From contig CP070758.1 in the NCBI GenBank assembly GCA_020348925.1, positions 3,425,688-3,489,687 on the forward strand: a stretch of 64,000 nt of DNA, in the 5' to 3' direction. The notes under the pieces are model-generated. The model saw only the letters and a program-made list of their open reading frames with translations. It searched no databases and had not been told where the DNA came from. The stretch's first letter is position 1; the number at the start of each line of letters is the position of its first letter. This DNA comes from Gemmatimonadota bacterium (GTDB lineage: Bacteria; JBHIER01; G020348925). Both the position numbers and the translations under genes were made by a program. This document shows, piece after piece, positions 10,683 to 19,999 of this stretch.

Positions 10683-11087
10683 TTATTTTTGTTTTTCGAC
10701 CAGTTCGATGAGGACGCCGTGAGTATCGAGGGGGCGTAAAAATGCAATCTTTCGTCCCTGGCGAACAACTCTGGGATTCCGGTCGATCAGGTCCACGCCT
10801 TTCTCGGTCAACGTCCCGAGGGCGGCGTGGATGTCATCCACTTCAAAGCATATGTGTTGAATACCTTCACCTCGTTTCTCGATAAATTTGGTGATTGTCG
10901 AATGATCACTCAAACCTTCAAGCAGTTCGATCTCGACATCTCCCAATCTCAGATCGGCCAGCCGGAGTTGATATTCATCGATCACTTCCTCATTCAAGAG
11001 TTCAAGTCCAAAAATATCCGAGAAGAGGTGTTTGGCTTTCTCAAGGTCCTTCACGGCGACACCGATGTGGGCAATTTTTTTGAACAT
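10683..11087 (-). CDS. mce: Methylmalonyl-CoA epimerase
   Basis: VOC fold: HIGVAVKDLE, IELLE, KFIEKRGEGIQHICFEVDD, AFLRP..THGVLIELV; adjacent to the mutase. Confidence 0.9.
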   Translation of the reverse strand: MFKKIAHIGVAVKDLEKAKHLFSDIFGLELLNEEVIDEYQLRLADLRLGDVEIELLEGLSDHSTITKFIEKRGEGIQHICFEVDDIHAALGTLTEKGVDLIDRNPRVVRQGRKIAFLRPLDTHGVLIELVEKQK

Positions 11088-11105
11088 GCGCTCTCCTTTC
11101 CTTCC

Positions 11106-12731
11106 TCAGGTATTCTGCCCGCCATACACTCCGAAGACTTCTCGCAGAACGTCCGATATTTCACCAATTGTCACATAGGCCTCAATGCATTTTAAGATGG
11201 AAGGCATGACATTCCTGTGGCTCTTTGCCGTGTGCATCAATTCGCTCAAAAGAATTCGAGTCTGATCTTTTTCTCTCCGTTGTTTGAGGTGTGTCAGGCG
11301 TTCAACCTGATCTGTCCGAACATGCGGGTCCACAGTGAGAAGGTGCTCCTTTTCGTCCTTCTCGGAGGTGAATGCATTAACGCCGATTACGGTTCGCTCT
11401 CCGTTTTCGATCTCCTTCTGGTATCGATAGGCACTCCGATGGATTTCCTGCTGGATATATCCCTGTTCGATGGCTTTGAGCGCACCACCCATGCTGTCGA
11501 TCGTTTCAAGATATGCAACAATCTGCTTCTCGATCGTATGGGTGAGATACTCAATAAAGTACGATCCGCCCAAAGGATCTACCGTATTCGGAACGCCGCT
11601 TTCATACGCGATGATTTGTTGCGTGCGCAAGGCAATTTGCGCCGATTCTTCGGTCGGAAGGGAGAGTGCCTCGTCGCGCGAGTTCGTGTGAAGCGACTGT
11701 GTCCCGCCGAGGACAGCCGCCAAAGCCTGCAGGGTGACTCGAACGACGTTGTTGTCGGGTTGTTGGGCTGTCAGCGTACATCCGGCAGTCTGCACATGAT
11801 ATCTCAGCTTGCATGATTTCGGATTGTGAGCTCCAAAACGGTCCTTCATAATCCGGGCCCAGAGCCGACGCGCAGCCCGGAATTTTGCGATCTCCTCAAA
11901 AAAATCGTTATGAGCGTTAAAGAAAAATGATAATCGCGGTGCGAAACGGTCGATGTCCAAGCCTGCCTCCAGCGCAGCCCGGACATACGAAGCCGCATTG
12001 GCGAAGGTAAAGGCGATTTCCTGAACCGCTGTTGCCCCTGCCTCGCGAATGTGATAGCCGCTTATACTGATGGGATTCCATTTGGGAACATGCTCACTGC
12101 AGTATGCAATCAGGTCCGTTACAAGTCGCATCGAAGGAGCAACGGGGTAGATGTATGTACCGCGGGCCACGTATTCCTTTAGGATGTCGTTCTGCACGGT
12201 TCCGGACAGGTCGCTCAACGATACGTTTTGTTTTTTGGCCAGTGCCATATACATGGCGAAAAGTATCGGTGCCGTGGCATTGATCGTCATCGAGGTACTA
12301 ACCTTGTTCAACGGAATCCCTGCAAAGAGTCGTTCCATGTCTTCCAGACTGTCGATGGCCACACCCGTCTTTCCAACCTCACCTTCCGCCAAAGGATGGT
12401 CGGAATCGTATCCCATTTGAGTCGGGAGATCGAAGGCAACCGAGAGACCGCTTTGTCCCTGATCCAAGAGATAGTGATACCGTCTGTTTGTCTCTTCAGC
12501 GGTTCCGTAACCCGCGTATTGGCGCATGGTCCAAAGCCGTCCGCGGTACATGGTCGACTGAATACCTCGGGTGTACGGATAGTGGCCCGGCTCCCCAAGC
12601 TCGCTGGCATAATCAAGGTTTTGAGTATCTTCGGGCGTGTAGAGCGGTGCGAGAGGAATCCCGGAACCTGTCACAGGCAATTCCTGTCGCTCCGATAATT
12701 TTCCTTTCGGTGTCCTCATAGTCTCATTCAA
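11106..12731 (-). CDS. Methylmalonyl-CoA mutase, substrate-binding (N-terminal-domain) subunit
   Basis: [59 protein letters not shown]; lacks the DxHxxG B12-binding domain. Confidence 0.93.
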   Translation of the reverse strand: MNETMRTPKGKLSERQELPVTGSGIPLAPLYTPEDTQNLDYASELGEPGHYPYTRGIQSTMYRGRLWTMRQYAGYGTAEETNRRYHYLLDQGQSGLSVAFDLPTQMGYDSDHPLAEGEVGKTGVAIDSLEDMERLFAGIPLNKVSTSMTINATAPILFAMYMALAKKQNVSLSDLSGTVQNDILKEYVARGTYIYPVAPSMRLVTDLIAYCSEHVPKWNPISISGYHIREAGATAVQEIAFTFANAASYVRAALEAGLDIDRFAPRLSFFFNAHNDFFEEIAKFRAARRLWARIMKDRFGAHNPKSCKLRYHVQTAGCTLTAQQPDNNVVRVTLQALAAVLGGTQSLHTNSRDEALSLPTEESAQIALRTQQIIAYESGVPNTVDPLGGSYFIEYLTHTIEKQIVAYLETIDSMGGALKAIEQGYIQQEIHRSAYRYQKEIENGERTVIGVNAFTSEKDEKEHLLTVDPHVRTDQVERLTHLKQRREKDQTRILLSELMHTAKSHRNVMPSILKCIEAYVTIGEISDVLREVFGVYGGQNT

Positions 12732-13230
12732 TAATCACTAAAACGCTCTCTTTTTCAACCGTATCGCCTTTTTGGACGCGCACTTCTTTGACCACACCGT
12801 CAACTGGAGATTTCAATTCATTTTCCATTTTCATCGCTTCAACGATAACGAGCCCGGAACCCTTCGTGACCGCATCACCCGCATGCACCTCGACCTCGAC
12901 GACCATTCCCGGCATAGGCGCTTTCACTACTTCGGCGCCTGAGCTCGACACTTTTTCAGGGATGACTCCTTTCAGCTGCTGCTCTCGTTCACTCCGAACC
13001 AAGACCGGGTACTCGTGTCCATGGATATGAACATGATAGATGCCACTCTGTTCTTCAATAATCAGCTGATAGGAGACATTATCGAGAAGCAGTGAATAAT
13101 CGATTTCTTCCGCCAGCTTGATAAAATCGACGTTCAACGTTTTTCCATTCATATGGACAGACAGATGACGACCCGTTTCCTCAATATCGATCTCGAACCT
13201 TCGATCGTCGAGCGTTGCAGTATATTTCAA
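12724..13230 (-). CDS. Biotin carboxyl carrier protein
   Basis: APMPG and EAMKMENE biotinylation motif. Confidence 0.93.
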   Translation of the reverse strand: MKYTATLDDRRFEIDIEETGRHLSVHMNGKTLNVDFIKLAEEIDYSLLLDNVSYQLIIEEQSGIYHVHIHGHEYPVLVRSEREQQLKGVIPEKVSSSGAEVVKAPMPGMVVEVEVHAGDAVTKGSGLVIVEAMKMENELKSPVDGVVKEVRVQKGDTVEKESVLVIIE

Positions 13231-13400
13231 GGGTATTTCCTTTCACTTCGTCCCAGGCGGTTTCACGGATGATGGATCATCTGCTGCCAACCACCTCAGT
13301 GCTCGATCCATACATAATCGAACAGCCTTCTCTTCGCAAGCAAAACAAATTCTGGGATGATGAATTGTCGTCACGGAGCGTAGCGTCTTCTTTGTCGCAC

Positions 13401-14912
13401 TCAGATCCCTCGACGCAATCCCAGTCTTCTTCCCTCCATTTTCCAGGGACTCGAGATCTCTCCTTGTGCCGCACCCTTCTCACGCATGGAGCTTTTCTGT
13501 GCTCGGTGGGCAGCGAGTGCTGCGGCCAGCGCGGCAATTTCGCACTCATCTCCATCGCGGCCGCTGGGTCCGTGTTCCAGTTCTTTTTCAATAAAATGTG
13601 TGTCGAAGGTGCCCCTGACGAAGCGCTCGTTCTCCATCACTTTGAGACAGAACGGGATCGTGGTTTTAATTCCAGTAATCATGTATTCCCTCAACGCTCG
13701 CTTCATGCGCGCAATGGACTCGGTACGATCCTTTCCCCAGACGACCAGCTTGGATATGAGGGGATCATAGTAGAGGGACACTGAGCACCCCTCATACATG
13801 CCGCCGTCGTCGCGAATGCCTGGTCCACTGGGCTTGATGAGGTGCTGAATTGTGCCTGTCGACGGATAAAAATTGTTGTCCGGGTCCTCAGCGTAAATTC
13901 GGCATTCAATTGCCGAGCCGCGTATGGTGAGCTCTTCCTGCGTTCGATGCAATTGTTCACCGGCAGCAATACGTATCTGTTCTTTGACGAGATCGAGCTG
14001 CGTTACGAGCTCTGTAACAGGATGTTCAACTTGAAGTCGCGTATTCATCTCCAGAAAATAGAATTTTTTCTTTTTATCGAGGAGGAATTCCACTGTGCCG
14101 GCGTTCGTATACCGTGCGGCCTGTGCCGCACTTACTGCTGCCGCACCCATTTTTTGACGCAGATTCTCATCCAATGCCGTTGAAGGGGACTCTTCAATCA
14201 CCTTTTGATGGCGTCTCTGAATGGAACACTCACGCTCCCCAAGATGAATGACATGACCATGGGCATCGGCTAAAATCTGAAACTCGATATGCCTCGGTTC
14301 CTGCACGTATCTCTCGATAAAAATTCTGTCGTCCCCGAAGGCGGATCCGGCCTCAGAGCGCGCACCCCTGAGGGCGCTGGTCAATTCATCTGCATGATGA
14401 ACGATCCGCATGCCCTTACCACCACCACCGAGGGCGGCCTTTATCATGATCGGATAGCCGATGTTCTCGGCTATCTCTCGGGCTCTGGTTGGATTATCAA
14501 CAGTTGCTTCTGTTCCAGGAATGACCGGCACTCCGACTTTGATCATCATTTGACGGGCTATGGTCTTGTCACCCATGGCCTTCAAAGCTTGATGCGAAGG
14601 GCCAATGAAGACAATGCTTGCAGACTCACATGCCTGGGCAAACGTATCGTTCTCCGCCAAAAAGCCATAGCCCGGATGGATCGCCTCAGCATTCGCTTCC
14701 TTGGCGACATCAAGAATGCGGTCAATTCGAAGGTAGCTTTCCCGGGCAGGAGCAGGACCTATGAGATACGCCTCATCGGCAAAGCGGACGTGAAGAGCGT
14801 CTCTATCGATCTCCGAATACACGGCCACGGCACGAATCCCCATCTCCTTGCAGGCTCGTATGATGCGGACCGCGATCTCCCCACGATTGGCAATGAGAAT
14901 TTTTGAAAACAT
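13401..14912 (-). CDS. accC: Acyl-CoA (propionyl-CoA) carboxylase, biotin carboxylase subunit
   Basis: KILIANRGEIA, HPGYGFLAEN, GGGGKGMR, ERECSIQRRHQK, EMNTRLQVEHPVTE. Confidence 0.95.
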   Translation of the reverse strand: MFSKILIANRGEIAVRIIRACKEMGIRAVAVYSEIDRDALHVRFADEAYLIGPAPARESYLRIDRILDVAKEANAEAIHPGYGFLAENDTFAQACESASIVFIGPSHQALKAMGDKTIARQMMIKVGVPVIPGTEATVDNPTRAREIAENIGYPIMIKAALGGGGKGMRIVHHADELTSALRGARSEAGSAFGDDRIFIERYVQEPRHIEFQILADAHGHVIHLGERECSIQRRHQKVIEESPSTALDENLRQKMGAAAVSAAQAARYTNAGTVEFLLDKKKKFYFLEMNTRLQVEHPVTELVTQLDLVKEQIRIAAGEQLHRTQEELTIRGSAIECRIYAEDPDNNFYPSTGTIQHLIKPSGPGIRDDGGMYEGCSVSLYYDPLISKLVVWGKDRTESIARMKRALREYMITGIKTTIPFCLKVMENERFVRGTFDTHFIEKELEHGPSGRDGDECEIAALAAALAAHRAQKSSMREKGAAQGEISSPWKMEGRRLGLRRGI

Positions 14913-14974
14913 GATCTTTATAGGAAAGAGACTTTTTAATAAATTACTTTCAATAAAAAATAGAACTCTTTGTT

Positions 14975-16525
14975 CTACAACGGTATATTACCATGTTTCT
15001 TTTGTGGGTTGGAATCTCGCTTGTTGGACAGCATATCCAAAGCCTGAATGAGCCTCGGTCGGGTTTCCTGGGGTTCAATGACATCGTCAATATATCCCCT
15101 GGCCGCTGCAATGTAGGGGTTGGCAAATTTCTCGCGGTACTCCTGAATGAGTCGAGCCCTTTCGGCCTCGGGGTCTTTGGCTGCTGCGATCTCTTTGCGA
15201 AAGATAATATTCACGGCTCCGTCCGGTCCCATGACGGCTATTTCCGCCGTGGGCCAGGCATAACTGATATCGCCTCTGATGTGTCTCGAGTTGAGCACGT
15301 CGTAGGCTCCACCGTACGCCTTTCGAGTGATGACCGTAATACGGGGGACGGTGGCCTCACAATAGGCATACAACAGCTTTGCCCCGCTGCGGATGATGCC
15401 CCCGTGCTCCTGGGCCACACCGGGCAGGAATCCAGGCACATCCTCAAAGGTGATGATGGGGATGTTGAAACAGTCGCAGAACCGAATGAAACGGGCACCC
15501 TTTATGGACGAGTCAATGTCCAGAACGCCGGCAAGAACGGCCGGCTGCTGGGCGATGATGCCGATCGAATGGCCGGCCAGCCTGGCAAAGCCGACAATGA
15601 TGTTCTGAGCCCAGTGCTCGTGTACTTCGAAGAAATCGTTGTCGTCCACGATCCGTCTGATCACTTCTTTCATATCGTACGGTTTGTTTGGATTCTCGGG
15701 AACGATGGTGTTGAGGTTTTCATCCATCCGCTCGGGAGGATCATCGGTCGGCAGAAACGGTGGATCCTCCATATTGTTTTGCGGAATAAAACTCAGCAAT
15801 CTGCGAATTAAAGCAATACAATCCTTTTCATCCTCCGCCGCAAAGTGGGCCACGCCACTTTTTGTATTGTGCGTCATGGCCCCGCCGAGTTCTTCGAAGG
15901 ACACCTCCTCGCGGGTCACCGCTTTGATCACGTCCGGGCCGGTGATGAACATGTGGCTCGTATTCTTCGTCATAATGACGAAATCGGTGATCGCCGGTGA
16001 GTACACCGCTCCTCCGGCGCATGGACCCATGATGGCTGAGATTTGCGGAACCACGCCTGAGGCGAGTGTATTCCGCAAGAAGATGTAGGCATAACCGGCC
16101 AAGGAGACGACACCCTCCTGGATACGGGCTCCGCCGGAATCATTGAGGCCGATGACGGGGGCGCCGTTTTTCATGGCCATATCCATGATCTTGCACACCT
16201 TTTCGGCATGGACCTCGGACAGGCTTCCGCCGAAAACGGTGAAATCTTGCGAGAAAACGTAAACCAGGCGGCCGCTGATATATCCCCACCCAGTGACAAC
16301 GCTATCGCCCAATATTTTTTGTTTATCAATGCCGAAATCTGTGGCTCGGTGGGTGACGAACACGTCCAACTCATGAAAGCTTCCTTCGTCCAGAAGCAGT
16401 TCGATTCGCTCTCTCGCTGTCATTTTCCCCTTGGCGTGTTGCGCATCTATCCGCTTTTTCCCACCTCCGCGTTTGGCCTCTTCTTTAAGCTTGCTCAGTT
16501 GTTCAATCCGATCACTGTGATTCAT
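14975..16525 (-). CDS. pccB: Acyl-CoA carboxylase beta subunit (carboxyltransferase, PccB/MmdA family)
   Basis: [41 protein letters not shown]-terminal KKHGNIPL. Confidence 0.93.
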   Translation of the reverse strand: MNHSDRIEQLSKLKEEAKRGGGKKRIDAQHAKGKMTARERIELLLDEGSFHELDVFVTHRATDFGIDKQKILGDSVVTGWGYISGRLVYVFSQDFTVFGGSLSEVHAEKVCKIMDMAMKNGAPVIGLNDSGGARIQEGVVSLAGYAYIFLRNTLASGVVPQISAIMGPCAGGAVYSPAITDFVIMTKNTSHMFITGPDVIKAVTREEVSFEELGGAMTHNTKSGVAHFAAEDEKDCIALIRRLLSFIPQNNMEDPPFLPTDDPPERMDENLNTIVPENPNKPYDMKEVIRRIVDDNDFFEVHEHWAQNIIVGFARLAGHSIGIIAQQPAVLAGVLDIDSSIKGARFIRFCDCFNIPIITFEDVPGFLPGVAQEHGGIIRSGAKLLYAYCEATVPRITVITRKAYGGAYDVLNSRHIRGDISYAWPTAEIAVMGPDGAVNIIFRKEIAAAKDPEAERARLIQEYREKFANPYIAAARGYIDDVIEPQETRPRLIQALDMLSNKRDSNPQKKHGNIPL

Positions 16526-17162
16526 GCAATATCCTTTTTGGTTCAGGATTTTTGATTTTTAGTTTTAAAGTTTTAATCTTTTCCCACACTTCTTTGGCCT
16601 TTTCTTCTAACTCTTGCACTGTGGCGTTGTTTGTAATAAGAAAATCGGCTTTCGTCCTTTTCTCCTTAAAATGAGATTGCGCTTGGATTCTGTCCTGGGC
16701 TTCCTTTCGAGTCAATCCTGCAGTTTGTATGAGCCGTTCCGTTTGTTTTTCCTCTGTCGTCTCCACAACAAGAAGGACATCCAGGAGTGAATGAAGGTCC
16801 CACTCCAAAAGAAGGGCAGCGTCGATGACGACCACAGCTTCCCGATTTTCTCCGAGCCGCTCTCGAACATTTTGTGTGAGCTCGGACAGCAGGGTGGGGT
16901 GGACGATGGCATTGAGTTTCCTGCGAGCGTTTTCATTATGAAAAACGATGTGCCCCAATCGTCTTCTGTCGAGGGTTCCGTCGTCATGAAAAATGCCGTC
17001 TCCAAAAACTTTTGACAACTCTTTCAGAAGAGCGGGATTTTTTTCGACCACCTCTTTTCCGATCTCATCCGCATCGACAATATGAGCGCCCCATTTTTCA
17101 AAGAACTTACAGACGGTTGTTTTTCCGCTGGCGATCCCGCCCCCAACACCGATGACAGGCAT
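16512..17162 (-). CDS. coaE: Dephospho-CoA kinase
   Basis: [41 protein letters not shown]. Confidence 0.93.
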   Translation of the reverse strand: MPVIGVGGGIASGKTTVCKFFEKWGAHIVDADEIGKEVVEKNPALLKELSKVFGDGIFHDDGTLDRRRLGHIVFHNENARRKLNAIVHPTLLSELTQNVRERLGENREAVVVIDAALLLEWDLHSLLDVLLVVETTEEKQTERLIQTAGLTRKEAQDRIQAQSHFKEKRTKADFLITNNATVQELEEKAKEVWEKIKTLKLKIKNPEPKRILHESQ

Positions 17163-17508
17163 ATCTCTCGATTACATTAATATGGTTGTAAGATCTTTTG
17201 TCATAATCTTCTTGGTACCTGCAACAGAGAGTTCAACAAACACAAAGTACGACTAAATCTATGAAAAACTGAAGCTGTTTTCAAGTGAAATGAAGATTTT
17301 AAAATGTTTCAAGTTTCAGATTTTTAACTCATCTGAAAAAGAAAAATCTTCGTAAATATCTCTCAATTTCATGTTGCATTTATACTACTTTGTTACGCCT
17401 TCGACTGTCGCATATTATCCACAGTTAAAAAATTTTATAATTTTGCAAATTTTTTCATCCCCAAATAAAAAGTGAACTTAGGTATGCTACTATGGATTCC
17501 TTGAAAAA

Positions 17509-17524
17509 TGGTACACAGTTTGCA
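17509..17524 (+). promoter_or_regulatory. Sigma54 (-24/-12) promoter candidate
   Basis: TGGTAC-ACAGT-TTGCA, one mismatch to consensus, in an AT-rich intergenic region upstream of the 17743 ORF. Confidence 0.55.
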
Positions 17525-17742
17525 TAATTCAGAATTTGAATCGGTTAGTCTCTTCCTCATAACCGATCAAACTTGAAGAAAGGAGGTGATTGTGACCCAA
17601 GGCAATTTGTTAAGAACCATAAAATCTTTCAAGGAGGTGAACGATGCATAATCTATCGCAATTGTAGATAAGGATTACAGTTTTTTTGAAATAGCACCTT
17701 GAAAATGAAGTCAAAATCCTTTTTAAAAGCGGAGGAATTACA

Positions 17743-18092
17743 ATGAAGTGGAAAAAAATGGGTTCTCATTTGGATTTCATATTGACAGTTTCTGTTGTAT
17801 TGTTTAGTTTCACAATCTTCACACAAAACATCGAGGTTTTCTCACAGTCCTTAGATTTAGAGGGAGCGGGTTATATTTCCTACCAAGCCGTGATGGTGGC
17901 TGATGTGGATAATGATGGGCAGGATGAGCTCCTTGTTGCGACATCGCAGGGATTTGAGGGATTGCCACCGCCGACCACAGGAGGTGGTGTGATCATCTAC
18001 GAATATACGACTTCTCCACGGGGGATCACGTATATGCCTGTCTGGTCAACCACGTTTCCTGGCGAAGCATATGAAGTTGCTTTCGATGTTGG
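17743..18092 (+). CDS. Secreted FG-GAP/VCBS-like repeat protein (3' end lost in gap)
   Basis: GGAGGA RBS, signal-like hydrophobic stretch, VADVDNDGQDELLVA repeat; runs into the Ns. Confidence 0.65.
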
Positions 18093-18192
18093 NNNNNNNN
18101 NNNNNNNNNNNNNNNNNNNNNNNNNNNNNNNNNNNNNNNNNNNNNNNNNNNNNNNNNNNNNNNNNNNNNNNNNNNNNNNNNNNNNNNNNNNN
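18093..18192. other. Scaffold gap (100 N)
   Basis: Run of exactly 100 Ns; true gap size unknown. Confidence 1.
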
Positions 18193-18319
18193 ATCGTATT
18201 ATAGCTGCTGCGGACGATTGATCCCCCTCTTTCATCGTGTCATCCGATACTACAAAACCACCTGTAAACCAACGACATATCGATGACATCCACATCTGAA
18301 CTCTCTCCTCTCCTTTCAT
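18193..18319 (-). CDS. 5' fragment of an unknown gene running into the gap
   Basis: AAAGGAG RBS then ATG (MKGEERVQMW...), about 50 bp downstream of a consensus sigma54 promoter; open until the Ns. Confidence 0.45.
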
Positions 18320-18368
18320 GGTCCATCTCCTTTCTTCAGCAAACATTGTCCATTTTTTCCAAATAAAT

Positions 18369-18384
18369 TGCAAACCCCGTGCCA
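18369..18384 (-). promoter_or_regulatory. Consensus sigma54 (-24/-12) promoter
   Basis: TGGCAC-GGGGT-TTGCA on the minus strand, a perfect match to TGGCAC-N5-TTGCW. Confidence 0.75.
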
Positions 18385-18503
18385 GTTCATTTTTCAAAAG
18401 GACAATATTTAACAGGAATAACTGAATTCTCTGTATTTCAATGGATTAAGGGAGATGTGCCTCTATGGATTGAAATGATGTGCACTGTCTGGGTGATGAA
18501 AGG

Positions 18504-18554
18504 GGTGCCCTTTCGGACCCATAAACACAAAAAGTGAGTCGATTCGGACTCACT
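18504..18554. promoter_or_regulatory. Tandem candidate enhancer (UAS) sites
   Basis: Palindrome AGTGAGTC-GATTCG-GACTCACT (18533-18554) and the related GGTGCCCTTTCGGACCCA 31 bp away. Confidence 0.4.
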
Positions 18555-18726
18555 ATCAGGCTGAGATTATGGAAATTCTGCGAACTGGTTCACACAAGCA
18601 AAATATCCTGACCGCACAGGCTTTGAATCTCAAAATTGACCGCAGGCGATCATGTCAATTTCCAGACTTCCAGATGGCCAGATTTACAGATGACCAGAGG
18701 GGACGCACACAACACGGAAGCCGAGG

Positions 18727-18783
18727 TCGATCGCTCAGGATATGTATCCCCCCATCGATCGCACAGGATATGTATCCTGTGCG
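18727..18783. repeat. Short tandem/palindromic repeat
   Basis: TCGATCGC(T/A)CAGGATATGTATCC twice (18727, 18755). The second copy forms the perfect hairpin CGCACAGGATA-TG-TATCCTGTGCG. Confidence 0.7.
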
Positions 18784-18947
18784 GAAGACCTGTAGGGACA
18801 TTCATAGCGATCAAACTGTCAAAGCGTCCTATTCTCATACTGTATGGTTTGTAAAGTTATTGAACGATTTACGGGGATATACATCCCGATGAAACTTCTT
18901 CGCCCAGCATACAAATACTGGGCGATCATGAAAGCGCACCTGGTGAT

Positions 18948-19640
18948 CTAAAGTTTATACCGCCTGGCAATCTTTTTTGCCAGTTCATATTTTTCCTTTT
19001 GCACGGCTATGTCACAGTATCTGCTTATCAATTCCATAAATTTCTCATGAGGGATTTTGTTCTTTTTCTTGATCTTGTCGATCTGTTTGAACAGTTCGTT
19101 CGACTGGAGACGTCCCAGAGCAATACGCCGTAAAAGCAATTCAATCTCACCCATCGAAACTACAATCAATCTGTCCGAGCCAAGATTATAGTTTTCAATC
19201 AATTTCCTCGCTATAGCAAAATTCTTCTGGTCCATGGCATTATTATAATATCTTTCCACCAATCCCATAAAGTGTTCATCAGGAACTTTGTCTTTTTTTC
19301 TTATCTTTTTAATGAGGATGAATGGCTCGTCGATTTGAGGATTAAAGGCAATTTGCTTGAGAAGCACCTCAATTTCACTGAGCGAAACCATAATCAATTT
19401 GTCCGAGCCAAGATTATAGCTCTTGATCAATTTTCTTGCTACTCTGTATTTCCTCCGTTTTACGGCAATATCATGATATCGGTTCACCAATTCCATAAAT
19501 TGTTCATCAGGAATTTTGTCTTTTTTCCGCATTCTATCTATTTTCGATACTATTTTATCCCTTTTCTTCTCATGAAGAATCAAATCATCGAAGAGTTTTT
19601 TTATCTCTATAAGCAATATTTCAATGAGCTTCGTACTCAT
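18948..19640 (-). CDS. Hypothetical basic helical protein made of three ~76-aa repeats
   Basis: KK(D/N)K(I/V)P(D/H)E.FM.L..RY...A......A.K....Y.L occurs three times (Pro at 44, 120, 197); GGGG RBS; AT-rich. Confidence 0.8.
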   Translation of the reverse strand: MSTKLIEILLIEIKKLFDDLILHEKKRDKIVSKIDRMRKKDKIPDEQFMELVNRYHDIAVKRRKYRVARKLIKSYNLGSDKLIMVSLSEIEVLLKQIAFNPQIDEPFILIKKIRKKDKVPDEHFMGLVERYYNNAMDQKNFAIARKLIENYNLGSDRLIVVSMGEIELLLRRIALGRLQSNELFKQIDKIKKKNKIPHEKFMELISRYCDIAVQKEKYELAKKIARRYKL

Positions 19641-19794
19641 GTTCCCCCTGTTCGAATGAAACCCGATTGATCATGAATCTTCTCCCTCAACCATTTACAA
19701 TGTCCATGCTATTCCGCACCTCTTTGGGGTGTTCTCCTGCGATGCCGCGCTCAGAGTCGAATTTAATACCTTTTTCCAGTACACTTCACACATA

Positions 19795-19999
19795 CTGAGG
19801 AATACTTTCGTCGCATCCGTCAGGGGCACATCCGCCGGTGCCAATTACAAATCTTTTAATACTTCTCCCGGATGAGCAGGTTTATGCCTTTCCTTGATTG
19901 ACCTTTCACCTCGTGACAATCAAAGGAATCCAGGGCACACACATCTTCATACTTTAAAGTGAAAAGAACCCGCTTGTTCCCACTTCGTTTGATTGAGAT
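19795..19999 (-). pseudogene. Decayed HigB/HigA toxin-antitoxin remnant
   Basis: Manual translation gives [29 protein letters not shown] (HigB C-terminus-like), then HKPAHPGEVLKDL*LAPADVPLTDATKVF (HigA N-terminus, TAA at 19845-19847). Confidence 0.7.

Noticed and set aside
18026-18397. ORFs spanning the N-run (also 17743-18204 and 18071-18286 as full-length calls)
   Set aside because: Continuity across the gap is artificial; only the flanking fragments are supportable.
18569-18892. ORF starting MEILRTGSH, resembling the YafQ toxin C-terminal RTGSH
   Set aside because: Only five residues match, the upstream sequence gives no toxin-like frame, and the remainder is palindromic repeat DNA.
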